From: Atractiella rhizophila
Taxonomy: Eukaryota
DNA: 58,880 bases
Assembly (NCBI GenBank): GCA_021432655.1
Contig: MU271472.1
Location: 1-58,880, forward strand
Reading direction: 5' to 3'
Within the stretch, counting starts at the first letter, position 1; each line of letters starts with the position of its first letter. The notes under the pieces were generated by a model. The model made no database searches. It was not told the DNA's origin and worked only from the letters and a program-made list of their open reading frames with translations. Shown here one piece after another: positions 13,787-24,725 of this stretch. The position numbers and the translations under genes are program-made.

Positions 13787-13821
<35 letters not shown>

Positions 13822-13825
13822 ATGA
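11146..13825 (+). pseudogene. Zn(II)2Cys6 transcription factor, copy A, C-terminally truncated and ending in poly-Lys
   Basis: Spliced cluster SCDA|CRLRRV|KCSRPLPSESSACNGCTKRGIRC. The last exon breaks at 13786 and reads through the A34 tract as ...LPLPKKKKKKKKKKKT*. Pseudogene status is an inference. Confidence 0.75.
13787..13820 (+). repeat. Poly(A)34 tract at the duplication junction
   Basis: 34 consecutive A between the end of copy A and the start of copy B. Confidence 0.98.
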
Positions 13826-16800
13826 CATCCCTACAAAAGGACGAAGTGTCTGTACCTTGCGACTCTGGATGCTCAGTTGGATGCGGATTTTAGTTTTCAG
13901 TAGATTTCATGCATTAATGCTGGTTACCAAAGCAAGAAAAGGTGATACGATCGGTGTAGCACAACAAAGACAACCTGAGGGGATTACGTGGCGCGGTCAT
14001 CGAAATAAGAAGCTAAATTGAATTGCCCTCAACTTTCGGTTCTGAAGCACACGGAGCTCAAAGGATATCGAGGGCTAGAGGGACACACACGTGTGGGCAA
14101 CGTCCGCAAGATTGAGCACCCAGTCTCCCCTCTTCTTCGCCCACAAAGAAGGTCTCGCCGTTGCATTCCTCCCCGCCAAATTCTGCGTCGACGAGTCAGT
14201 CTGCCAAGTTCCTCATGAGTCATCATAGACAATCATAGCTTCTCTTGGCGCCTCCCGACTATCCGACCTACCCCTTTGGCAGATAATAAACATCGTCAGT
14301 CGTCAACTTCCTCAGCTTTCGATCCAAGTATTCATTAACTAAACGTTAGGGTTTAACCCTTCGACATTATCGTACTTTCACCTAGCCAGCATAGAAAATA
14401 CACCATAATGGACAACACCAACAGTTTAACAATTAGGGGGAGTGGAGATGGACCCCAAGTTTTACCTCCTCGCTCGTGTGACGCAGTATGCTCTCTCTTC
14501 TTCCTTTTCCAGAGGAGACAATCATAATGATTTTCCAAAGTGCAGGCTGCGTCGAGTTGTTCGCCGTCTCTCTGTTTGTGATCGACAAGCCTTGAGATAA
14601 AAAATAGAAATGCTCCCGACCTCTTCCATCAGAATCTTCAGCCTGCAATGGATGTACTAAGCGTGGCATTCGATGTACTGTAGACAGGACCATGGGGAAG
14701 AGGAAGAGCAGGAGGGATGGGATGGTAATTCAACAGGCCATGTCAGACTCTTTCATGGTATTTTCTCTCTTGAGAACGCTGAGTTGACCCTCTGTCTCAC
14801 AGTGACAAATTCGGCGCTGCTTCTCCTCCGGCAAACCTAGCCACGCTGCAGCCACAGAGCGAGATTGAGAAGCGCCTTGTTTTACATCATATGGACTCGA
14901 ACGTCCGCCTGTTATTGCTGAATGGTTAGCATCACTTGATATCAATTTCTCTGCACATCGACTGACAAAGAATTGTAAACAGATTTCCTCTCTTCTCCCT
15001 ACTCCCCTCCACATCTCTACGATTGGGATGTCCTTCGGCGTGCCCTCACAACCTCCTCTCCCTCCTCCGATTCCTATTCATCGAGCAGCTCCAATGGCTC
15101 CACTCTGAAGGATCGGAGCCTGGCACCTTCTCAGGAGGCTCTATGCGAGTTGGTGATGGGTTTTGGAGCGAGGAGTAGCAATTTCTTCCAAGGCCGTCCA
15201 GGTCAGTTCTTTCTTTCCTTTCCATAACTTCGTGTCTTGAACCTGTCGTCCTCGCGGATAGATGTACGACAGCGGATATGGAACCGCTCACTTTCCGTCT
15301 TTGAGTCTCAAGGTCTCCTATCTCTCGATGTGGGACCAGAGATAATAGCAGCCTTGTTCCTACTCACCCACACAGCATCTTACCGTTGGTCCACCTTCTT
15401 CTTTCAGATTTTCCACTCATCGCCCAGTATGGGATGCAGAGGCTGAAGGCCATAATGGTCGCCTGAGGACTTACAGTATTCTTTTATCTGAGCGACTGAA
15501 GCAATACTACGAATCAAAACCAGAAGGGACATGGCTAGAACATCGGGTGGCTTATCATGCTTTCGTGCGTTACATTTCTGCTCCTATTTCGATGGTGGCA
15601 ATAACTCGCGTAGGTCTGTTCCAGTCTTGCAGCCGCCAAAACAGGCGTTGTGCCGCCAGTGTTAATATCTCCCTCTTCTCACAGCGTCCTCTGATGAAGG
15701 AGTAGCTCGGATGAAGAATACCATGCGATCTGCGGCCCCAAAGCTTCGGCCATCTCTCTCGAAATCATCGTTCCCTTCCTCTCCCTTCCGTGGGGAGACC
15801 TTCATCAAGTCGCGATGGAGCATTGCAAGATGCACAAAACTGGTTTCTTTAGGTTTTCCCTGCTCGAGAGCGAGAAAGTGGCTGCTCGACATCTGTTCTG
15901 GGTTAGCCTCCAATTTCCATTACAACAACGGAAAGATGATGAGATTCTGGCCGTGATAGCTTATTTCGCTTCCTTATTTACTCGAATTCGCGAGGATCAG
16001 TCGCGAGATTGGTGGGAAGCTAACGAATCGTCCGTACTCTCTCCCTCAACCTTCCCGTAGCCCTTCACGAACCTGAATACCAGATTTCGCCCGTCAACAC
16101 CCTCTCCCATCCACGACCGTCCCCACTCTGCTCTCCCGCCTTAAATTGCTGCACACCTCCACACCACCATACGAAGAATGTCTCTCCCGATTCCCTGCCT
16201 CCTTAAAACCGCTACTTCAGCCGCTATACTACATCTTCCTGATAAGGGCGAGCTTTATTTATCTCACCTTCAGCCTCTATACGGAATTGTTAAGGCGAGG
16301 AATGAGGGGTGAGATGTTGGAGAGCGACGTCGCCTGGGAGGTGGAAGCAATTGTCATGGAGGCGGCCAGGGCTTTGGCTCATTTCCTCAACGTACGTTGC
16401 TCTAATTGTTCTACGTTCGAAGGTGGCAACGGGCTGATAATCGTCGGGAATGTGTGGATAGGACGCAAAGGAGCAGAAAGCAACAGGTTTAGGCGTGTTT
16501 CACGGTGTAGCCCTCTTAATGCCATACTTGCAGACCGTCAGTCGCATTTCTTTCCCTCATCAGCACTTTCAGACCAATAAAGGAACGGGTTTAGGCGATT
16601 GACGTCCTGGTTCGAGCTCCTGTCAACTCGTCTGCATCTACTACCTCCTCCTCCTCTGGTCACAGCCCCTCTTCCAACCCAAGTGATCCTGCGTCTCCTC
16701 CTCCCACCAATCCTCTCGTTCCGAACTGGGGAATCTACCCACTGTTTACTCTTGAGCAAAAGAGCGCAGAAGTGCAATGGATTAAGGAAGGGTTAGAAGA

Positions 16801-17038
16801 TTGCAAAAAGAGCTGGGAGCTTCCTACATCATCCCCACCGTCTTCGAAGATAACGAAAGGGAGTGGCACTCCGAAAGGCACAGGAGCGAACGGAAGCGAT
16901 TCGGTTCAAGTGAAGACATTCGATGCCGGTATCGAAACGTTAGAACGGGAGTTGGAGAACTTGAAGATCCAGGGAGAGGTATTACGGACTCTGAGTCTGG
17001 TTGGAGAGGAACAGGAACCACATCAACTACCTCTACCT
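13821..17038 (+). repeat. Tandem duplication 1, copy B (~3.2 kb)
   Basis: Matches 10508-13786 and continues into unique sequence that completes the TF gene. Confidence 0.97.
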
Positions 17039-17239
17039 CCCCTTTTGCCCTTGTCGGACCCTCTGGGCGGGATGTGGACTCATCTCTTTGCCAACCCTTA
17101 CGCTCCTGCTCCTGCTTCAGCTGCGTCGACTGGTTTTGGGCAAGAGATCCCTGAAACTCCGTCGGTTTCCACCTCAAAGGACGGATCGGAGGAGTGTTTG
17201 AATCCGTGGGACATCTTGCGTGAGTTGGGAGTCGCTTAG
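14408..17239 (+). CDS. Zn(II)2Cys6 (Gal4-type) transcription factor, copy B, full length
   Basis: MDNTNSLTIRGSGDGPQVLPPRSCDA|CRLRRV|KC...CNGCTKRGIRC (CX2CX6CX10CX2CX6C), then basic GKRKSRR, a helical middle region and an acidic/hydrophobic C-terminus (EECLNPWDILRELGVA*). Confidence 0.88.
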
Positions 17240-19141
17240 TTGGCCATTTGGACCATCACAGACAATTTTTGTTGGTATTTGTGGACACTTTCTCACATTG
17301 TAGGACCTAATTGTTGCGGCTTACTGAACGGGTTTCGCTTTATAATTGTGTCTATAAGTTTGGAATTGATTGTCGTAATAAAACCTAGTAATGCTTCGCT
17401 GCAGCGCTCTCGCTCTCTCGCCATTTCCGCCCACAGATTGTAACACTCGCTTCTGTCCAGCAAGTGCTCGGTGCGCTGGGTGACCAAGTCAGTCGTTGCA
17501 CATCCATGCACAATGGATACGAAGGGTCAGGTCAACGCGCAAAAAGGGCCCACTATCTTCGACCCTTTCTACATTGCATAAACACTAAAGACTGAGCAGA
17601 CGTCTGCTGCACCGAGCACAGTGAAGCTGGAACGAAGAGTAAGTTGCACTGCATCCTTAGCAGACGACAGAAATGGAATCCTTGACGGCTTGCGCCACAA
17701 GTCTATAAATATGTTTATGCTCAGACCTACAGCTTGAAAACAGAGGTGACGGGTGCTAGCTGCTGAAAGTTCTTTGCGGTCAACAGCACTACTTTATTCT
17801 GCCTGAGGATGTCAGGGCAGGTGTGAAGGCTAATACAGTACTAGTAGTTGATATGTTTTCAGGACAAAGTTGGGATGCACGCTGACTTGCTGACAGTTCA
17901 ACTTGATCTTGTTCAGCATCCGTTATCGTGACCCCATCCATCTCCACTGAGAGTGGTTGCAGGGGAGCTTTAATGGATCCTTGTAGCGCAAGGACCACTA
18001 GCCTGTAGTTGGCCGATCGTAGCTTCACATTCCAACATGGACGAGAATCAACTGCTTCAACCCGGAACTGGCGCACCACATTGACATGGTCACCGTCGCC
18101 TCTCCATGGCTAGACTCCAGACAATCCCTCGAATTGTTTCCATGATGGAGGCAACACCAAACCACTGCATTTCTCCATAGGGATGGTGGCAGCTAGAAGT
18201 AGTTATCGGCGATAGAACTTGGTGTACATTCTGACGATTTGGAAAGATGATGAAACGGTGCAAGTGTCCTCTTTACTTTTCCCTTCATTATCTTCATGAT
18301 TGAAGTTGCACTAAATATCTCAAGCGAGAAGCGAGAAAGCTTCAACGATAACCAAATTAAAGAAGTGGGTTAATGGACGCATGTGGACATACGACTGCCG
18401 TGATGAGCGGGAGAGAGCTTACATTGAATTAATTCCATGTACCGCTTAATCCCTCGCTTCAAGATCTGCAAAGTCTGAAAGCTCTTCAGCTCTGCGTTGC
18501 CCTCTCTGGGACGAGAGATTGATATCCCGGTATGATAAAGATGGACAGATGCTAAAGAAGTACCGAAGACCAACGTGAGCTTAGGAGCTGTGGCTTAAGT
18601 GGTGGTTGGGAAGGGTCGAAAGAGGAGGCTAGGCAACAAGTTGCTTGAGTTTGCAAGTGCGATGCTGTTCTTGGCAATTCTCAATGCTCCCGGAGGACAA
18701 CTTGTCCGATCCGGCCACCTTCCTGCAAATCACTTTTCCCACTTTCTCGCTATCTTTCTCTTTTTTCTCTCAGCTTCCATCCCCCAACATGTATCCATGA
18801 CCAGAAGTAATTACCTAAGAATTCCACCAAGAATTCCACGCAGAAGCCGTGAAGAAACCAGGGAAAGCCAGCCATGGACAGTTCGGTCGGAAGGTGTCCG
18901 GGAACGAATTAAAGTTCTCCTGTGTAGTGGGCGTGGCCTTCACCGCCTGGGCAGTGTCGTTCCATTCCGCCCTTAAAAAGGTGTGGCCCCTCCGTTTCCA
19001 ATCCTCCATCCCAACGATTGTCTCTTTTCCATTTCCATCCACCACCCACCTCCCTCACCCACCCCATCCCAAGGACAATCAACCTCCAATCCGCTTCCCC
19101 ATCCATCCTTACGCTAGCCACTAAAAAATATCGAAGAAGAA

Positions 19142-20819
19142 ATGGCCTCCCTCATCTTCTCAACCCTTCTCCTCGGAGCTTCTCACGTCGCAGCACAGAT
19201 TGGTGGCGCTTATCCCCCTCCTGATGGAATGACAAACATCGGAGTCGACCCTGAGTTGGCCTCCCTCATCGGTTCCCTTCAAAACGCTCCCACATCGACA
19301 GACAGGGAGTACCTCGTGCTTAACTCTGGAAATACTTATGTTTACGACTTTATTAACTCTCCGTATGTGTCACCTTCCTCCTTTCTAGTCGTCCCTACTC
19401 CGTCTGGTGTCGATGGCCTTCGACCGAGGTGCTAACAAAATTTTCTGCTTGGCCATAGTCTCACTGGTCCCCCTGGAAAGGGTGGTGCTTTCACCCTCGC
19501 ATACGCTGGTAACTACCCAGCTGCCATCTCAAACAACATGGCTGGTGCTTTCTTCATGCTCGCTGTACGTTTTCCCTGCTTCTACCACTCAGCACGGAGA
19601 ACTGACCTGAGAGCACAGCCCTGCGGTATGATTGCCCCTCATACTCACCCGAGAGGAACGGAGGTCCTTTACCTCATCGCTGGAGGACCTATGCGATTCG
19701 GAATGTCAGTCGTCATCCTCGTCCTTCTCCTGACAGGAGATGCTGACGTGGCAGTGCAACAGTAACTTCGAGGCTGGTGGACCCACTCAATACGAGTTCC
19801 TCCAGACTGGTCAGGCCGTCATGCTTCCCCAAGGATCTATGCACTATGGTGGTGTCCTCGGTTGCGATCCCACCGTCGTAATTGCTATGTTCAAGTAGGT
19901 TTCTGATCCCTTTCTCCTTGACCAACAACTCATGACCATTAACAGCTCTGAGGACCCCGGATTCATGCTTACTCAATTCGCTTTCTTCGGTTTCGATGAG
20001 GAAGCTATCCAAGCTTCCCTTGGTACCATCGGTGCTCTCCCTGTTGATCGTTCGTCTTCCTTGTTATCCATTTCCTAGCCCCAACTCACATGCGGGTAAA
20101 CAGCCACCGCCTTCCCTCTCCCTCTTAACTTGGGTTTCGAATCTTGTCTCCAACGTTGCGGTATCACCCAGGACTACGACATCTCCGGTCTCTCCAAGCT
20201 CCAAGTCATGCAAGCTGCCTTCGCCGCCTACGCTGCCCGCGTTGCCTCCGGTAACCTGTCCACCTTCACCCCAGGAGCCTACGACAACGGACCGCAAGAC
20301 TACGCCGCCGCCGTTCCTCAGCTCAAGCAAGTTCCTGGTGCCGCGACCATCGGAAACGTCTCTGCCATCTTCGCTGACGGAAATGGAGGTGTCTACGTCA
20401 AGCCTGGCGCTGCTGCCCCTGCTCCCGCTTCTGGATCCGGATCCAGCTCCGGCTCGAACTCTGGATCCTCCGGTTCTGGATCCACCACCACGACCACCCC
20501 CGCGACCACTAACTCGAACACCACTGCCCCTGCTGCTGCTGGCAATGGAACCGTTTCTCGGATCTCTGGTTTCGCGGCTGACAATGAGGGATCAAGCGGA
20601 GGAGACTCTGGAAAACTGAAGAGCTACAAGATTGCGACGTACACCCTCGCTGGTATCACCGGTCTGTTCTTGATCACCACCCTCGGTCTTCTCTATACCC
20701 TCTCCAAGGGTTCCTCTGGACCTAAGCGCCCGTCGACCAGGAGCAGGAGCGGTCCTTTCTCTTCCCCTCTCCTCAGTCGGGAACAGCCTTATGACAGGGT
20801 CGAGAAGGATGGTCATTAG
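19142..20819 (+). CDS. Germin/spherulin-like cupin protein with signal peptide, S/G/T-rich stalk and C-terminal transmembrane helix
   Basis: Signal-like MASLIFSTLLLGASHVAA, germin box PCGMIAPHTHPRGTE, cupin motif 2 GQAVMLPQGSMHY, TM segment IATYTLAGITGLFLITTLGLLYTL. Stop 20817-20819. Confidence 0.88.
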
Positions 20820-21512
20820 AGAGTTTCTCCCTTTCCTCTTCTGTCTCTGAGCTAGTAAGGGATGATTGTGGGGACGATGTGACGATAGTAGGTGGAGTAG
20901 GAATATGATGATGATTCTTTCTTCGACTTTTAATGAGCATGTTGTTTGAATGAAAGTTCGTTAGGATTCGTTTCCCTTGAAAAGTACCTCGTATTCCACA
21001 TCTTGAGCTGGGTGCGTAACAAGTTGACCGTCCATGGATGGAGCGTAAGATGAAACCAGTGTCCTCAGTCTCCTTTTATTCTTCTGACTTGCGGTTTCAA
21101 AAACCCAAAAATACCGAGGAAATCAAATGGAACCGTAACCGTGACGAACCGTGAGACAAAGAGTTGCAGAGAACGACGACAGAGAACTTTGGACGCACAG
21201 ACGAAGATAAACAAGAGCAAAACGAAGAGGATCTACGCTGGTTGACTACCTCAAGTTTTAGTGTGAAATGTTGAATTGAAAAGCCTCGAAAAGGTGCGAG
21301 TCCTGGTTCGTGCGTGCTCAAAGGCTTGGACCTTGATCGAAACATCGAATCCTGCTGCTTTATATTACTGAAAGCTCGAGGACACGCGTTCAGCTATTTA
21401 AGCCACAGATTTGTCTCGCCTTGAAGTTTCACGTTAGAAAGTCATTTCAACTCGACATTTTCCATTGAGGCTTGATTGCTCTGTCTTGATTATGATCCTG
21501 GTATTCAAGTTG

Positions 21513-23202
21513 AAGCATTCGAAGTTTGAGCGCCGTAGATAGTGTTGATATCCGCCTAGCAGCGCGCGAACAGCATTCATTCAGTGCAATTCTTGGTTGA
21601 CAGACACGAAGAAAGAAAGGGCACTAGAAAAAACCAAGGCTTTATGGCCAACCTGGATGCTGCAGTCGCTCTTCAGATCTTAGATACTATTCTCTGTATG
21701 TATACAATTGGGAACGTTTGTAGGAGACGCTGTTGATCGTGCGCGAGTGACGGAGCTGTCATCGTGTCCTTCTCCTCGCCAGCTTGAGAGGTTAGAGGCG
21801 GAAGGAACGGGAGTAAACGGCAGGACCGACTGACATCGCCTAAACAGGCTGACCCTCACATCAGTATATAAAGCCAATCCTCCCACATCAACCTCAGCAT
21901 CATACCCAGCTCCATTCGGAGTCTATCTTCAACATGAGCACGTCGACTCCCCGCCCCGCCAACCAGATGATTGTGGTCACGGCCACGGATGAGAGAAAGA
22001 CATATGAAGGAAGTTGTCATTGTAAAAGCGTCAAGGTGGGCTCCCGCTGATATGTATCTGGATGTGATAACGAAGATATTTCTGCGACGTAGTTCACTGT
22101 GATTCTCCCGCCAATCGAGACCATCTGTGCATACGAATGCAACTGCAGCATTTGCCACAAAACAGGAGTGCTCAATTTCTACCCTTACTGGTGCGTTTCC
22201 CCCCTTTTTATTCCGTGGATTGAGCCGCCTGGGGGGTCTAGGGACGACTTGAAGATCCAATCCGGCGAGGAGAAGCTGAAGGAGTACAGATTCGGAGGCA
22301 AGAACTTAGGACATCGATTTTGCTCCGAATGTTCAACAAACATGTTTATCGATCTAAGGCAATCGACCTTTGAGCCTCTCCGCCCCTTTGTGGCAGTTAA
22401 TGTGAGCTATCTCTCAATATTTCAATGCTCTTTCTATTGAGCTCTCGAAACCTTCGTTCTGGCTTGCTAATGCGGAGACAGGCTCGAACCTTGGAAGGAG
22501 TCGAGTTGGAAACTTTGCACAAGAAGAAATTCGATGGGAAGAATGCGTTTTGAGGTGCTATTGATGAGCACTGTTGAACTGAGGAAATCATGTCATGAAA
22601 TTTGTGCAGAAGCGAAGTTTAGCCCGGATAAACCTTTGAACGTGGTCTTTGAACGCAGCCTTGTATTTTATAATACCGAAAGAAAGCTCTGAAAGCTCTG
22701 ACTCTGCAAAGAATGTCAACGCTTTGATGCATGACTCATTGAGCTTAGTTTGAAACTAACGCCATTCGGAACCACCACTCGCGTCAGACGAGTGAGACGA
22801 GCAAGGGGTACAGGAACACCTACTGACTATTACAGGCAAGTTATTACATTGCACCTTTCTGTCCGGCCGTCTCCTTCTAGCTAAGACCCATCGCCAGTCG
22901 TTAGAGATACTCAACGCATCGTTCCTCCAGCTGGCGCAATGGCAACTCCAAACCAGCAAAATGCTCAGCTCATAGCCCAGCTGCAGAACGCAACGCCCCA
23001 GCAGATCCTCGGCCTCTTCAGGCAGAATCCTGGGCTTCAGACCCAGTTGCTTGATAGGGCGCAGAAGAACCAATTCCCTACTCAGATATCGAACAAGATT
23101 ATGGACGCGTACAGGATGCTGGGAGCCGGAGCTGGAGGTACGTTGTCTACATGGCTTCATATTGGGGAGGACGAATCGCAATGGCTTATGTTGGGTCGTG
23201 TG
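21513..23202 (+). repeat. Tandem duplication 2, unit A (~1.7 kb)
   Basis: Starts AAGCATTCGAAGTTTGAGCGCCGTAGATAG as at 23204 and ends inside the copied TAF12 intron 1. Confidence 0.96.
21934..22553 (+). CDS. GFA/CENP-V (Mss4-like, glutathione-dependent formaldehyde-activating family) Zn protein, copy A
   Basis: YEGSCHCKSV, ECNCSICHKTG, HRFCSECST and VAVN|ARTL motifs. 3 introns. TATATAAA near 21866. Confidence 0.9.
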
Positions 23203-23220
23203 AAAGCATTCGAAGTTTGA
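22939..23220 (+). pseudogene. 5'-only fragment of TAF12 (promoter, exon 1 and part of intron 1)
   Basis: Near-identical to 24726-24925 (MATPNQQNAQLI...). Homology stops at the duplication junction near 23202. Confidence 0.85.
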
Positions 23221-23364
23221 GCGCCGTAGATAGTGTTGATATCCGCCTAGCAGCGCGCGAACAGCATTCATTCAGTGCAATTCTTGGTTGACAGACACAA
23301 AGAAAGAAAGCGCACTGGAAAAAACCAAGGCTTTATGGCCAACCTGGATGCTGCAGCTGCTCTT

Positions 23365-23458
23365 TGTGGATCTGCTCATCCCTGGTGGTAAGCACCTCGC
23401 ATATCCGAGACTCCTACACCCGTGTGCGGTGATCTTACCACACTGGATACTTCCAACA
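23365..23458. mobile_element. 94-bp insertion with TG...CA termini and 5-bp TSD (solo-LTR/TRIM-like or MITE)
   Basis: CTCTT(23360-23364)-TGTGGA...TTCCAACA-CTCTT(23459-23463). The paralogous unit A has a single CTCTT at 21669-21673 (empty site). Confidence 0.75.
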
Positions 23459-23722
23459 CTCTTCAGATCTTAGATACTATTCTTTGTATGTATACAATTG
23501 GGAACGTTTGTAGGAGACGCTGTTGATCGTGTGCGAGTGACGGAGTGTCATCGTGTCCTTCTCCTCGCCAGCTTGAGAGGTTACAGGCGGAAGGAACGGT
23601 AGTAAACGGCAGGACCGACTGACATCGCCTAAACAGGCTGACCCTCACATCAGTATATAAAGCCAGTCCTCCCACGTCAACCTCAGCAACATACCCAGCT
23701 CCATTCGGTGCATATCATCAAC

Positions 23723-24340
23723 ATGAGCACGTCGACTCCCCGCCCCGCTAACCAGATGATGGTGGTCACGGTCACAGATGAGAGAAAGACATATGAAGGA
23801 AGTTGTCACTGTAAAAGCGTCAAGGTGGGCTCCCGCTTACATGTCTCTGGATGTGGTAACGACGATATTTCTATGATGTAGTTCACTGTGATTCTCCCGC
23901 CAATCGAGACCATCTGCGCATACGAATGTAACTGCAGCATTTGCCACAAAACAGGAGTGCTCAATTTCTACCCTTACTGGTGCGATTCCCCCCTTTTTAT
24001 TCTGGGATTGATGAGCTTCGGCGTCTAGGGACGACTTGAAGATCCAATCCGGCGAGGAGAAGCTGAAGGAGTACAGATTCGGAGGCAAGAACTTAGGACA
24101 TCGATTTTGCTCCGAATGTTCAACAAACATGTTTATCGATCTAAGGCAATCGACCTTCGAGCCTCTCCGTCCTTTTGTGGCAGTTAATGTGAGCTATCTC
24201 TCAATATTTCCATGCTCTTTCTATTGAGCTCTCGAAACCTTCGTTCTGGCTTGCTAATGCGGAGACAGGCTCGAACCTTGGAAGGAGTCGAGCTGGAAAC
24301 TTTGCACAAGAAGAAATTCGATGGGAAGAATGCGTTTTGA
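23723..24340 (+). CDS. GFA/CENP-V Zn protein, copy B
   Basis: Same exon structure and Cys motifs as copy A. Exonic differences are mostly synonymous. Confidence 0.9.
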
Positions 24341-24725
24341 GGTGGTATTTATGGCACCCTGTTGAACTGAGGAAACCATGTCATGAAATTTGTGCAGAAG
24401 CGAAGTTTAGTTTGGATAAACCTTTGAACGTGGTCTTTGAACGCAACCTTGTATTTTATAATACCGAAAGAAAGCTCTGAAAGCTCTGACTCTGCAGGAA
24501 TGTTGATGCCTTGATGCATGACTCATTGACCGTAGTTTGAAACTAACGCCATTCGGAACCACGACTCGCGTCAGACGAGTGAGACGAGCAAGGGGTACAG
24601 GAACACCTACTGACTATTACAGGCAAGTTATTACATTACACCTCTCTGTACGGCCATCTCCTTCTATCTAAGACCCATCGCCTGTCGTTAGAGATACTCA
24701 ACGCATCGTTCCTCCAGCTGGCGCA

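Noticed and set aside
13787..13820. Poly(A) as the tail of a LINE or processed retrogene
   Set aside because: The upstream copy keeps all introns and its promoter, there is no TSD and no RT ORF, and the break is mid-exon.
17439..17500. TGTAAC...GTTGCA, resembling LTR ends
   Set aside because: The flanks (CAGAT / CATCC) do not form a TSD and there is no second copy.
23381..23447. Hairpin in the 94-bp insert as a tRNA, 5S rRNA or snRNA
   Set aside because: No cloverleaf, A/B boxes or recognisable 5S/snRNA motif. The TSD and TG...CA ends explain it better.
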